DNA of 64,000 bases, taken from contig CAKAFX010000002.1 in assembly GCA_916438865.1 (NCBI GenBank), positions 188,552 through 252,551 on the forward strand. The letters are read 5' to 3'. This document shows positions 33,509 through 46,320 of the stretch, one piece after another (the first letter of the stretch is position 1; each line of letters starts with the position of its first letter). The notes under the pieces are model-generated. The model was not told the origin of the DNA and made no database searches. It saw only the letters and a program-made list of their open reading frames with translations. This DNA comes from an uncultured Mogibacterium sp. Its GTDB lineage: Bacteria; Bacillota; Clostridia; Peptostreptococcales; Anaerovoracaceae. The position numbers and the translations under genes are program-made.

Positions 33509-34343
33509 ATGAGAGCTGTTATTGATGTTGGCGGTGGAATGCGCGATATATTTGGAGCAGGAGTTTTTTGACTACTTTCTAGAGCACGGAGTAACTTTTT
33601 GACAAGTGCTACGGGGTGTCGGCAGGCTGCGCCAATATATCTTCATTTCTTGCAGGGCAGCAGCACAGAAATTATGAATTTTACACAGAATACACTATGC
33701 GTAAGGAGTACATGAGCTTTAATAATTATTTTAAGACCGGCTCATATGTTGACCTAAACTATGTATCAGAAGAGCTTTCAAACACAAATGGTGAATATCC
33801 GCTAGACTTTGAGAAGCTCAAAGCTAATCCTGCTGATTTCATCATAGTTGCAGCTGTGGCGGAAACTGGTGAGACTAAGTATTTTTACTAAGGAGGATAT
33901 GAGCATCAACAACTATGCACCTATCAATGCGTCGAGCTGTGTACCGGTGGTTAATAAGCCGTATGAGATAGATGGGGTGGAATATTTTGATGGCGGAATT
34001 GCAGATCCGATTCCGTATCAGAAGGCGCTTAATGATGGCTGTGACGAACTAGTAATTATTTTGACTAGACCTAAGGATGGTTATCGCGTAGATAACAGAG
34101 ATAGGAGGATGGCTCAGGTATTGGCAAGGCAGTATCCTAAGGCGGCGGAGTTACTCGAGCATAGAGCAGAGGTTTATAATGCTCAGCTAGACGCCATTAA
34201 GAAGCTTGAAGAAGAAGGTGTAGCTACGATAATTGCGCCAGATAGCATTGGAAAAACTCAAGACCCTGACTAGAGATATAGACAAGCTTAAGTCTCTTTA
34301 CAGAAAAGGATTAGTAGCTGCTAAGAATGCAAATATCAAGTAG
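33509..34343 (+). CDS. Patatin-like phospholipase (split)
   Basis: GGGMR, GVSAG, DGG motifs. Confidence 0.9.
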
Positions 34344-34432
34344 AGCTTGCCCGAATAAAGTGAAAGCAGAAAGTCGCCGTTTAAAGGCTATGCTAATAAA
34401 TTTAGTTATGCCTGTGAAGTAGCTGAATACGA

Positions 34433-34465
34433 AAATAGGCAGGAGCATATGCTCCTGCCTGTTTT
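34433..34465. terminator. Bidirectional terminator
   Basis: aaataggcaggagc-atat-gctcctgcctgtttt. Confidence 0.8.
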
Positions 34466-34504
34466 CTTTGATGTTTGTTCAATGTAATTGCCTCAAACTA
34501 GCTC

Positions 34505-34940
34505 TTACTGTTCAATTGTGTTCATAAAACTATGAAGCAGCTTAAACAGCGCTGCAGCTTCGTCGTCAGTTAGACTAACGCATGAACGAATCTCCTGTGG
34601 TACAGAGAGTGCTTCTTCACGAAGAGCCATTCCCTGATCTGTAATCTTAATAATGAGATTTCGTTCGTCCTTTACAGAACGGTTTCTAGTCAGATAACCT
34701 TTAGATTCAAGCTTCTTGAGAAGTGGAGTAAGCGTTCCAGAATCAAGGAAAAGCTTGTCTCCAAGTTCCTTAACACTTAGTTCACGAGTCTCCCACAGTA
34801 CCATCATGGTGATGTACTGAGTGTATGTGAGATCCAGCTTGCTCAGAAATGGCTTATATCTGCGAGTTATCTCCTTAGAGCATGCGTACAGCGGAAAGCA
34901 TAGTTGATTTTCTAGCTTTAGGGCTATCGTACTTATCCAT
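34505..34940 (-). CDS. OhrR-like MarR regulator
   Basis: LKLENQLCFPLYA, LTYTQY, LDSGTLTPLLKKLE, DER. Confidence 0.88.
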
Positions 34941-35138
34941 CAGTTTTTCCTCCCAGTTGTGCAGATACTGCATGCAATTTCCTATGAAGTCATCTTGTTG
35001 CATGCAATTGAATTTGATTTTAGCCTAACTGTTTATATGTGTCAACTATTGTTTGTGCAAACGTCCAAAAAATCATGGATTTTCTTTTGTTGTCATAATA
35101 TCTCATTGTGTTACAATATCTAGTGGGGGATTAGGCAT

Positions 35139-36236
35139 ATGACTGAAGTTATGCGACTGGCTAAAAAGCTCGCTCTCAAAGGGCTTTTGTCACACGAAGA
35201 ATATATAGAGCTTCTTGCAAATAGAGATGACGAAGTTCGTGAGTTTCTACGCAGTACCGCGCAGGAAATCGCTACAGCTAACTACGGTCACGATATATTT
35301 TTAAGAGGCCTAATAGAGTATTCGAATACGTGTAAAAACGACTGCTACTACTGCGGTATCAGGAAGAGTAACGACAATGTTGAGAGATATAGACTGTCGC
35401 CTGAAGAAATTTTGCAGTGCTGTGAGATAGGCTATCAGATTGGTCTCAGGACGTTCGTACTGCAAGGAGGAGAGGACCCATACTTCTGTGACGATATGAT
35501 GTGTGAAATTATCTCGTCCATTAAGTCGAAGTACCCAGATTGCGCACTAACACTATCGGTAGGAGAGAAAGAGCGTGAGAGCTATGAGCGTTTTTTACGC
35601 AGCTGGGGCAGATAGATTCTTGCTCAGGCATGAGACGGCAGATGAAGAGCATTACAGAAAACTTCATCCAGAGCCGCTATCTCTTGAGAACCGCATGCGA
35701 TGTCTTGAGACATTAAGGGATGTTGGTTTTCAAATCGGAGCTGGCTTTATGGTTGGTTCGCCAGGACAGACTTATGACACGATGGCGAGCGACTTCGAGT
35801 ATCTTAAGAAGCTAAATCCTCATATGATAGGCATTGGTCCATTTATACACCACAAGGATACGCCTTTTTCGAGACGAGGAAGATGGAACACTCGAGACTT
35901 ACATTATTCTGCTTGAGCATTCTGAGAATTATGTTTCCAAAGGCGCTGCTGCCAGCGACTACTGCGCTTGGTACCATTGATAGTACGGGGCGTGAGAAGG
36001 GTATTCTGGCAGGTGCAAACGTAATAATGCCAAGTCTTTCACCAGATAGTGCAAGAAATAAGTACCTGTTATACGAGGGCAAGGTAGGCGTCAAAGATAA
36101 GGCGGCGGAAGGACGTAAGCTACTTGATGATAGGCTGGCTAAAAATCGGTTACAGGACAGTAACGGAGCGTGGAGACTACAAGGGCTGGGACAGAAAGTA
36201 AAGACCACATCCGCTTTTATTATTTTTTTAGAATGA
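35139..36236 (+). CDS. hydE: Radical SAM [FeFe]-hydrogenase maturase HydE-like (split; true end uncertain)
   Basis: LRGLIEYSNTCKNDCYYCGIR, VLQGGED, LLRHET, MIGIGPFI, LPATTAL, GANVIMP. Confidence 0.85.
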
Positions 36237-36313
36237 ATTCAGATCGTTATCGCATGATTATCGGCTGATTCACAATATATTGCAGTATGTTTTATTCGTT
36301 GTGGAGGTGCTTA

Positions 36314-37425
36314 ATGGATAAAGAAACTCGTCCGTATATAGCTTGGGATGTTGTACAGGATTTCATGGTAAAAGCTTTTACAGAGCTCGGAGTTCCCGAG
36401 GCTGATGCTGAAATATGTGCAGAAGTTCTCATGGAGAGTGACAGAAGAGGTATTGAGAGCCACGGAGTAAATAGATTCAAGCCAATCTATGTTGACCGTA
36501 TCAATAAGGGCATCTTAAAGCCTGTCACAGAAGTAGATATTATCAGAGAATCTCCAACGACTGCAGTGCTCGATGCTAACGATGGTATGGGCATGGTAGC
36601 CAGCAAGATGGCTATGGATATGGCTATTGAAAAGGCAAGGAAATATGGAACTGCTTGTGTTGCTGTTCGTAATTCTTCGCATTATGGAATCGCTGGATAC
36701 TGGACATCAATGGCGACAGATGAGGGCATGATTGGTATCACAGGTACTAACGCAAGACCTTCTATTGCACCTACTTTCGGTGTTGAAAATATGCTCGGAA
36801 CAAATCCACTCACAATCGGAATTCCTACAGATGAAGGATATCCATTCCTCATCGACTGTGCGACTTCAATCACACAGAGAGGAAAGCTCGAGTTCTATGA
36901 GCGTATCGGAAAGGATACTCCAGCAGGAATGGTGATAGGAAGAGATGGATCAGCTCTAACAGATACATCTTATATCCTCGAGGCTCTGAACACTAGAGGC
37001 TGCGCTTGCACCACTTGGTGGAATTGGCGAGGAGCTCGGCGGTTATAAGGGCTATAGCTATGCAACAGCCGTTGAGCTATTGTCGGCAGCTCTATCGGGT
37101 GGCATGTTCCTCAAGAACCTTACATGCTTCGACGAGAATGGAGAGCTTAGACCATATCATCTCGGTCATTTCTTCATCGTAATTGATCCGGAAGCTATGA
37201 TCGGTAGAGAAGTTTGCGAGAAGACCGCTGGAGATATTTTGAGAGCACTAAGGGCATCCCAGAAAGCTCCTGGACAGGATAGAATTTACACTGCTGGTGA
37301 GAAGGAGTGGGATGTAAAAGAGTTCCGCAAAGACAAAAGGTGTTCCAATGGGAGAGGACGTACAGCGTGAGTTTATCGAAGTTCGTGATTCGCTCGGTAT
37401 GGATTTCAAGTTCCCGTTTGAATAG
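36314..37425 (+). CDS. Ldh_2-family (malate/L-lactate-type) oxidoreductase (split)
   Basis: RGIESHG, NSSHYGIAG, GTNPL, GGYKG, GHFF. Confidence 0.88.
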
Positions 37426-37467
37426 ATAAGCACAAAATTTAATAAAAAAAGGTAAGGGGGACTACAT

Positions 37468-38481
37468 ATGATTAGATTAGCTATTAATGGATTTGGTCGT
37501 ATAGGTAGGTTGGCGTTCAGACGTGTTATGGAGATGGACGACTTTGAGGTTGTTGCAATCAATGATTTGACTTCCCCAGATATGTTAGCTTACCTGCTCA
37601 AATATGACAGTGTACAGGGGTCGTACCTTGGTCATATAGTAGAGAATGACGATGAGTCGATTACGGTAGATGGTAAGAAAATTACTATTTACAAGGAGTC
37701 CGATGCTCGCAATCTGCCATGGAGAGAGCTGGATATCGATGTAGTACTAGAGTGTACAGGGTTCTATGCTTCTAAGGATAAGTCACAGTCTCACATCGAT
37801 GCAGGAGCCAAGAAGGTTCTTATATCAGCGCCAGCAGGCAATGAACTCAAGACTATCGTATATGGAGTTAATCACGAGACTCTGACGGCCGAAGACAAAA
37901 TCGTATCAGGAGCATCTTGTACGACGAACTGCCTTGCACCAATGGCAAAGGCTCTCGCTGATTATAGAGAGCTCCGTACTGGATTTATGACGACGATTCA
38001 CGCCTACACAGGTAACCAGAAAATTCTCGATGCACCTGACAAGGGTTCGAAGTTCAGAAGGTCGAGGGCTGCGGCGATTAATATCGTTCCAACTTCGACA
38101 GGAGCTGCACAGGCAATTGGAAATGTAATTCCAGAGCTTGCAGGCAAGCTTATCGGCTCGGCGCAGAGAGTTCCAGTTGCCACTGGTTCGATAACGATTC
38201 TCGACGCGACGCTCAAAGATGAGACAGATTCAGTAACTGTTGAAGGGATCAATGCGGCTATGAAAGCTGCTCAGGACATCTCATTCGGTTACAACGAAGA
38301 TGAAATCGTTTCAACTGACGTAATCGGTATGAGCTATGGATCGCTATTCGACGCAACCCAGACGCTCGCTCAGAAGTGTGGAACGCACATCTATGAGGTC
38401 AGAGTAGTTTCGTGGTACGATAACGAAATGAGCTACGTATGCCAGCTGATAAGAACGCTGAGTTACATGGCAAAACTATAA
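37468..38481 (+). CDS. gap: Glyceraldehyde-3-phosphate dehydrogenase type I
   Basis: [24 protein letters not shown]. Confidence 0.97.
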   Translation: MIRLAINGFGRIGRLAFRRVMEMDDFEVVAINDLTSPDMLAYLLKYDSVQGSYLGHIVENDDESITVDGKKITIYKESDARNLPWRELDIDVVLECTGFYASKDKSQSHIDAGAKKVLISAPAGNELKTIVYGVNHETLTAEDKIVSGASCTTNCLAPMAKALADYRELRTGFMTTIHAYTGNQKILDAPDKGSKFRRSRAAAINIVPTSTGAAQAIGNVIPELAGKLIGSAQRVPVATGSITILDATLKDETDSVTVEGINAAMKAAQDISFGYNEDEIVSTDVIGMSYGSLFDATQTLAQKCGTHIYEVRVVSWYDNEMSYVCQLIRTLSYMAKL

Positions 38482-38619
38482 AACTTTAAATAATCAAACT
38501 AACTATATGCTGCCATTTATTGCCGAGTATATTTCAAGACTTTGCGCCTCGATTTAACTGAGTGATAAGACAGCGCACTTGTAAAATTGATATCGAAGTA
38601 TAAAGGAGATTATTAAATC

Positions 38620-40040
38620 ATGGAAGTAAAAGAAGCAAGACAATACGTTGTTGACAGATTAGAGTATGCGTTCAAGCCTAACTCTATCGCAGTAATCGGG
38701 GCTAGCCGTAACGAGACAAAGGTTGGATTCAAAGTAATTCAGGGACTCAGAAAGTGTGGCTACGAAGGAGAACTTTATCCTATCAATATTAATGCCACAG
38801 AAGTAGCAGGTATCCCTGCTTTCCAGAACATCAAGGATGTTCCTGGTGATGTTGACCTAGCGTTCATATCTCTGCCGGCTACAGGCGTATTTGATGCACT
38901 TAAGGATTGTGTTGCAAAGAAGGTTAAGATAGCAGTAGTTTCTTCCTCAGGTTTCAAGGAGGTTGGAAACGGTGAGCTGCAAAATGACATTACCGAGTAC
39001 TGCCGTGAGAACGAGCTACCGCTAATAGGACCTAACCTCGTAGGGATCGGAACTCCGTATCACGATTTCAACTGTGGATTTATTCCTTATCTACCTAATA
39101 AAGGGACCAGTTGCACTTATCTCGCAGTCGGGTTCAAACCTACTGGCAGCGCTTGGATCTTCTCAGCTCAATCACTTTGGTATCAGCATGTTCGTAGGAC
39201 TTGGTAACAAGGCGGATGTTGACTTCTGTGAGCTCATAAAGTATGCAGATCAAGAGCCAAACACAAGGTGTATTGCGGTGTATATAGAAGCTCTAGACAG
39301 CCCAGAGGCATTCAAGAAGGCTTGCCTAGAGTGCGAGAAGCCAATTACAGCTATCAAAGTCGGATCTTCTGAAATCGGTGTAAAGGCTGCTTTGCACACA
39401 CTGCATCGGAGAATAAAGGTCACTCTAATGACGAATACAACAAGCTGTTTGAGGAATCTGGAGTGCTCCGTGAGAAGACGTGGCAGGAGTTCCTAGATAC
39501 CTCACTCGCTCTCGGTAACTGCCCGCCTCTAAGAGGAGATAACGTGGTAATAATCACTAATGGCGGTGGAGCGGGACTTCTAGCTGCAGATCATTTTGAG
39601 AGACTTGGCATGCCGCTCAAGGAACTCAGGGATATTTCACCGGAACTAAGAGATAACATCAGAAAATATATGCCTGCATTTGGCTCGCCGCTAAACCCTG
39701 TTGATATCAGTGGAACAGCTACTTCCGATATGTACGGTGGTGCACTAAAGACAGCATATAGAGATGAAAACGTAGATGGAATTTTTAATTTCTGTTTGCC
39801 CAACTGCGGTAACTGATGTTGAGGCGATTACTGAAACTGTAATTAACATCTACAGACAGTACAAGAATCTCGGCAAGCCATTTATCATGGAATGCCAGGG
39901 CGGAAACGAGTGCAGAGAGGCTATCATGAAGCTCAGAGACAAGGGAATCCCTGCGTACTCGACACCTGAACAGGCTGTAAAATGCTATGGTTGCACTCAG
40001 AAGATATAGCCATATCATGAACAAGAAAGAAAAAAACTAA
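38620..40040 (+). CDS. ADP-forming acyl(acetate)-CoA ligase, alpha-type subunit (split)
   Basis: SIAVIGAS, LIGPN, ISQSG, GLGNKADV, ITNGGGAG, NPVDISG. Confidence 0.88.
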
Positions 40041-40134
40041 TCGATAGTATTGAATAAATATTGGTAAAAAGTAAGATATTGCGTTATGTGTGAGTGATGC
40101 AGGGGGACCTGCATCACATTTATAAGGAATTAGT

Positions 40135-41236
40135 ATGAACGGAGACAAACTTTTCAGACTGTTTATGGTTCTGTGCCTAGTGATGGGAATAATGGGACTG
40201 ACTGTTGGTAAATTTATTTTAGGTGGAATTTTCGTCGGTTTAGCTGTGGCTATATGGCTTACAACTGGCGGAAAGCACTATAACGATCGCAACATATACG
40301 ACAAAATTGTCGAAGGTTGTGAAGACATAACTATCGAGCACTTATATGAGAGAATCAGCAAGTTAGAGACATGTCTCGGACTCCCATGGATGGGTAAGAA
40401 CATTTATATGGATGAGAGTGCGATTAACTTCGGCCCAAGTCCATTCAAAGACTTTATAACGATTTATAAAGACAAAAAAAGAATAATATCTTGATCAAGA
40501 GCAGCACAGAGCTCGCGCGCCTCGTGAGAGATGAGAATAGTGAAGCTCATTTTAAAGGACTTCTTGATACCAAAAGCATGTCTGTAAATCCGAAATCATA
40601 CTCGCATTTTGCGAGCTGGAAGCTTATGAGTGCTATTTTTAGTGGATGACCTAACGGAAGTCGTTAAGCAGGTTAAGAGCGGAGAAACAGCTGATCTAAA
40701 AAGTGCTTGATAAGTATAAGTTTTTTTATGCAAACAGTACGGACTGTCTGTACAGAGATTTTTGACGACAATGAGTATACATATGTTAGGGACTATAAAT
40801 GAGCCGCTCGATGTGAAGATTTACGATATACCAGATGGTGATGAGGCAATTGAGGAGGCTGGTGAGGTGCTGGCACAGGTTACGGGCTCAGCAAAAGCTG
40901 AGAAGAATGGCTTTAAGTTCTTGATGTCAGGCGAAGAATTCGGAACTCTTTACAGGGATACCGAAAGTGACAGCGACTCATACTATCTTGAGACGAGCTA
41001 TGGCCATGTATATGTAAAAGGCTTTCGTGCAGTTCGTAAGGCTAACTTGAGTTGCAACTATATCATAACGATCGACGGAGTGAGAAAGGCAGCAATTGCT
41101 GGTAATGCGAAAAATTGCCTTTGAAGAGGATGTACTCACTGAAAATAGTTTAATATGCAGCTTTGACGATGAATATTTGCTGCTGTATATGGCTATTCAG
41201 GAGATGATTATGACCAAAAACAAGTGGCTAAAATAG
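40135..41236 (+). CDS. Hypothetical membrane-anchored protein (several fragments, probably one gene)
   Basis: Two N-terminal TM segments; consecutive + ORF fragments separated by homopolymer runs. Confidence 0.55.
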
Positions 41237-41343
41237 TATTTCGCCACCCGTTCGTTTGATTTTGCTATCTCTAAAATGTATAATAAATTTGTATATTTAA
41301 ATGCCATATTAATGGACTGATAGAAAGTAGTAAGGGTGATTTG

Positions 41344-42797
41344 ATGAAGAGAATCCTTGTACCAGTTGATGGTTCACCTAGGAGTTTAATAGCGCTAGAA
41401 CAGCTCAAAACCACGTTTTCGCCAAAGGCGTTTGAGGTTGTGCTTGTTATGGTGCGTGAAAATACCGGATATGCACTCTCGCTCGGAGAGGAATCTGAGA
41501 TTCGAGAGGAACTCGACAAAAAGCTTAAGACTATTGCCAAGTCAATAGATAAATATAGCGTCATCACTAGATCGGCAATTGGCCGTGCTGGGGCGAGAGT
41601 TATCGAGGCGGCCAAAAGAATATGGTGTTGAGATGATTGTAATGACTAAGTCCACAAAGCCTGGTGCGGGAAGTACAATCGGCCTCACAGCATCATATAT
41701 TATTCGCCATGCTCAGTGTGACGTTATGATTGTCAAGGAGACTGAGACCAAGAAGATCGAGAGCTATAGAGGTGCTATTTATAAGAGAGCCAAGGGGACG
41801 GTTGCTCTTCGTGGTCAGCTTAGCCTTAAGCAGAGCGAGTGCTTAATTCCAAGTGTTAAGGGAGATGTTATATATCACATCGACGTTACTAGAGGAAGAG
41901 TTCGCTTCTTACACAGATCATTCAATCCTGTGACTAAGGACTGGGATTTACCTCCAAGCAATGGACAGCAGGAGATATATGAGATTGAAGCAGGCGTATC
42001 TATAAAGATACCGGTAAATGCGACTGGTGACGGTAAGATGGCTGATAGAATCAGAATACTTAACCGTAGTATGAAGACTGAGGCTGTTTTCAATTATGAA
42101 ATTACTGCTGATAAAAGAGTTATTAAGCCAGAGACCGATGCAGATGCTGAGACACGTGTAGCATATGAGGAGCCTGAAGTGGAGGCTGAATCAACGACTC
42201 CAGTAACTCAAGAAGTCCCAGCTACTCCAGTAACAACTGAGATGTCTGAAGCTGCTCCGGTAGTACCAGAAGCTATGGCGGAAGTTAAAGAAACAGTCGC
42301 TGAAGAAGCTACTGTATCTGAAGAGGTAAATGAACTTACAGAAACTGTAGAAACTGCACAGGAAAACAATCTTGAAGAGGTTATAGAGACGGTAGAGCCT
42401 GCAGAACTGGAGAAATCTATAGATGCAGAAGAACCAGAAACTACTGAATCTGATGAGACTGAAGTAGTTGAAGAACCTGAAGCTACTGTATCTGAGGAGC
42501 CTGAACTAGTCGAGGGACCTGAAGAGACTGAATTAGAAGAATCTGAATATGATGCCGAAGAGGTAGAGGTTAACGAGACTGAAGAAGATGAAGACAACGA
42601 TGATTTACTTGAGTCTCTCGTGTCTGAAAAATTCAGATAATACCATTGCAGCCATCGAAAGGCTTTGCGCAACGGGTGCAATAGATGCCGTTGAGCTGAT
42701 AAAAGCCTTGGATGAACTTGAGTCGAAGTCTGAGGCGGCACTAGAGCTGGATGCAGATGCTGAACTCAAGGCAGAATCTGAAAGTCAAGATAGATAG
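41344..42797 (+). CDS. Universal stress protein domain fused to an unknown domain and long acidic tail (split; end either 42640 or 42797)
   Basis: MKRILVPVDGS..EMIVM..IGLTASYIIRHAQCDVMIVK, then a Glu-rich region. Confidence 0.8.
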
Positions 42798-42894
42798 AAT
42801 CAATGTGATTCTGGAGCGCAAAATAACAACGTCAGGATTGACAGGTTTAAACGTATTTGATATTCTATAACGAGTAATTAGGGAGGATAACGTA

Positions 42895-43044
42895 ATGAGC
42901 AGAATCAAGACAATTTCAACAAGAAATATGGCTAAATCAACTCTTTCTGGTGGATGCGGTGAGTGCCAGACATCTTGCCAGTCCGCAAGTAAGACTTCAT
43001 GCAGTGTTGCTAACCAGCATTGCGAGCAGGCTAAGAACAAATAG
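42895..43044 (+). CDS. scfA: SCIFF ranthipeptide precursor, 49 aa (not in ORF track)
   Basis: MSRIKTISTRNMAKSTLSGGCGECQTSCQSASKTSCSVANQHCEQAKNK*, GGAGG RBS, directly upstream of the maturase. Confidence 0.95.
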   Translation: MSRIKTISTRNMAKSTLSGGCGECQTSCQSASKTSCSVANQHCEQAKNK

Positions 43045-43051
43045 TAACTGA

Positions 43052-43078
43052 AGGCGCTGCTTATTGCAGCGCTTTTTT
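43052..43078 (+). terminator. Hairpin/terminator between precursor and maturase
   Basis: aaggcgctgc-ttatt-gcagcgctttttt. Confidence 0.75.
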
Positions 43079-43141
43079 ATTGTTTTTGCTACTCCGACTG
43101 ATTAACAAAAATGATTTTTATAAGGTATGGTACAAGAATAA

Positions 43142-44534
43142 ATGATACATCAGTATAAACTAAACGGATATAACATAGTTATGGACGTGAACAGCGGAGC
43201 TGTTCACTCAGTAGATGAAGTAGCGTATGATATCATCGACCTCTACGATAAAGGTCTAACTAGAGATGAGATTGCGTCCGAGATAAAGGCTAAATACAAC
43301 GAAGTTACGGACAGTGACATCGATGAAACACTTTCAGATATCGAGGAACTAAAGTCTGAGAAACTGCTTTTTTCCGATGATCCTTTTGAGAAAATTGCGG
43401 GAGAGCTCAAGGCCAAGCAGTCAGTGCTTAAGGCAATCTGCCTTCACGTAGCTCACGGATGCAATATGGACTGTAAATACTGTTTTGCAGGCAAAGGTGA
43501 ATACAGCGGCAAGGCAGGAATAATGTCCCTTGAAGTTGGAAAGCAAGCTCTTGACTTCCTGGTTCAGAATTCCGGAAGCCGTAAAAATCTTGAGGTAGAC
43601 TTCTTTGGTGGTGAGCCACTTCTCAATTGGGATGTGTGTAAGGAACTCGTTGCTTACGGCAGAGAGCTTGAAAAGAAGCACAATAAACGCTTTAATTTTA
43701 CACTTACTACTAATGGCGTACTAATCGATGATGAGGTTATCGAATTTGCGGATAGGGAGTGTAGTAATGTCGTTCTGAGTATGGATGGTCGCCGAAAGAC
43801 TCACGATTTTATGCGTACTAGCAAGGATGGTAAGGGTACTTACGATAAGATTATTGAGAAATTCAAGATGCTTGCAGACGATAGAGGTCAGAAGCAGTAC
43901 TATATGCGAGGAACCTACACTGCGCATAATAAGGATTTTGCAGCAGATGTACTTGCAATGGCGGATTTAGGATTTAAAGAGACTAGTATTGAGCCTGTTG
44001 TGAGTGATGCGAATACAGACTATGCGCTTCACGATGAAGATCTGGCTATCCTTAAGGAACAGTACGAGAAGCTTGCTATTGAGATGCTAGAACGAGAGAA
44101 ACGTGGCGAAGGGTTTAACTTCTACCATTATACAGTTGATTTGACTGGAGGACCGTGCATCTATAAGCGTGTAAGTGGATGCGGTGTAGGGACTGAGTAC
44201 CTTGCGGTTACACCTTCAGGAGATCTTTATCCATGTCACCAGTTCGTTGGAGACGATGATTATAAGGTTGGAAATGTCTATGATGGAATTCAGAATCGTG
44301 AAATAATTGATGGTTTTAGACACAATAACAACCTTTACACCAGAGACAAGTGTCGCAGCTGTTTCGCTAAACTGTACTGCTCTGGTGGCTGTGCGGCTAA
44401 TAATTTTTCACACAAACGGAGACATCAATAAGGTCTATGACTTCGGCTGTGAGCTTCACAAGAAGAGAATTGAGTGCGCACTCATGTTAAAGGTTGCAGA
44501 AGAAGAACTCGGTATCGAGCGTGTATCAGAATAG
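43142..44534 (+). CDS. scfB: SCIFF radical SAM/SPASM thioether maturase (indel near 3' end)
   Basis: MIHQYKLNGYNIVMDVNSG N-terminus, CNMDCKYC, FFGGEP, YPCHQF, CRSC..CSGGC. Confidence 0.95.
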
Positions 44535-45489
44535 GTGACTGATAATCATAATCCATATTGGAAGTGTTATCATTGATAGCATCGTAGACATAGCTACGGC
44601 TTCTGACATAAGCTTAGTATCTTTGTGTTCACCTGCGGCTAGAGCTACACTGAGTACGGCGCTAGGGTAGGTAAATGAAAGTGCGATTGTAAGCTTTTAT
44701 GATATCGCTCAGCGGCATAAAATAAACGATTAGTATGGAAAGTGCTGGCTCAAGAATTAGACAGACGAGGCTTGAAATGATGAGCTCTTTATCTGTAATT
44801 AATTCCTTGAACTTGCATTCCCCTAGTTGAATGCCAATAATAATCATCGATATTGGAACGGTCGCTTCTCCGATAGTTGCTAGGAAGTCCATAGCAGGAT
44901 GCGGGATTCTGATACCTGCAAATAGAATTAATACTGAACATATTGAGACGATTGTCACTACGTTTTTGAACGGCTTGATGATTGTCTCTTTGTTTAATGT
45001 TTTAGATTTACTGGATTGTTTCTCTCCGCCCCCTAAGCTGAGCTGAATCATACAACCTGTAAAAAGGTAAAGGTTGCAGGCGATGTTCTGAATTACGGAA
45101 TAGTAAAGAACTACATGCCCAAATACAGAGTGAGCTATAGGGAATCCCATAAATCCAGAGTTACTCGTGACCATGGCAACTGATAAAACATTCTGTTGTT
45201 CCACGCTTTTCTTGTGAAATAATCTAGTTATCTTAACTGAAATTGCGCCAAAACCAGCGAACATCACCAATGAAAGAAATATAATTATTATTGTGTTAGA
45301 AAACGTGTCTGCGGATATAGTCTGACCGCATATTGAATAAATAAGAAGGCAGGGAGTAGTGATGTTCAGTACGAGTGCTATCAGGTGATCGACTGCATCA
45401 GTCCCTAGTACGCGTAGTTTGTTTGCAACAAAACCTACGGCAATGTAAAGAAAAAAATAACTAGTACTTTTTGACGCTATTACTTGCAT
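44526..45489 (-). CDS. AEC-family transporter (split)
   Basis: SNSGFMGFP, IG.ATVPISMIIIG, multi-TM. Confidence 0.85.
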
Positions 45490-45715
45490 AAATATGATTG
45501 TCCTCTCTCTTATAACTTTTATATGATAACAAAGAATTTGATGTTCACCAAATCTTCGTGTGTTTTATTTGTAAAAGCAAGATAAAAATGCAAAAATAGA
45601 GCAATTTCATATGGTATAATTACTATGAATTTTTTGAGATTATGGGGATTGATTACATTTCTGAACAGATTCAGGCATGTTTATTTCAAAAATGGGTATT
45701 GATAAGGAGATATTA

Positions 45716-46320
45716 ATGGACAAGGTTATTTTTGGCAACGCAGAACGCGGGAAAGATTAGCGAGATGCGAGAGATTTTCTCTAAGTTCGGTATGGATGTA
45801 ATTTCTCGTGATGAGATGGGGCTGCCAAAGGACGAAATCGAAGAGACAGGTACTACCTTCGAAGAGAATTCGTATATTAAAAGCTGCGGCTATCGCTAAT
45901 CAATGTGATGGAATTGTTGTTGCAGATGATAGTGGTATCGCTGTTGATTGCATTGGAGGTAAACCGGGCGTATATTCAGCAAGATTTGCTGGCGAAGGCT
46001 GTACACCGCATGATAACAATATAAAGCTTCTTCAACTGATGGAGGGAATACCTGCTGAAGAGAGGGGAGCTCGCTTTATATCGGTTATAACACTTATCTA
46101 TCCAGATGGTACCAAGCTCGTTGCTCGTGGTGAGTGCGAAGGTACTATTGCTGAGGAGATGAAAGGTGAGAACGGCTTTGGATACGATCCGCTCTTTATT
46201 CCAGAAGGCTATGACAAGACTTTTGGGGAACTACCTTCAGAGCTCAAGAACAGAATTAGCCATAGAGCTAAGTCGCTTCTAAAGCTAGAGGAACTTATCA
46301 GTGAGCAAAGAGATAAATAA
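45716..46320 (+). CDS. rdgB: Non-canonical purine NTP pyrophosphatase (split)
   Basis: ATQNAGK, ADDSG, PGVYSAR, GFGYDP, KNRISHR. Confidence 0.93.

Noticed and set aside
42208..42741. 177-aa Ser-rich minus-strand ORF
   Set aside because: Antisense shadow of the Glu-rich Usp tail.
42741..43040. 99-aa minus-strand ORF over the SCIFF locus
   Set aside because: Antisense to the scfA gene, which has an RBS and conserved core.
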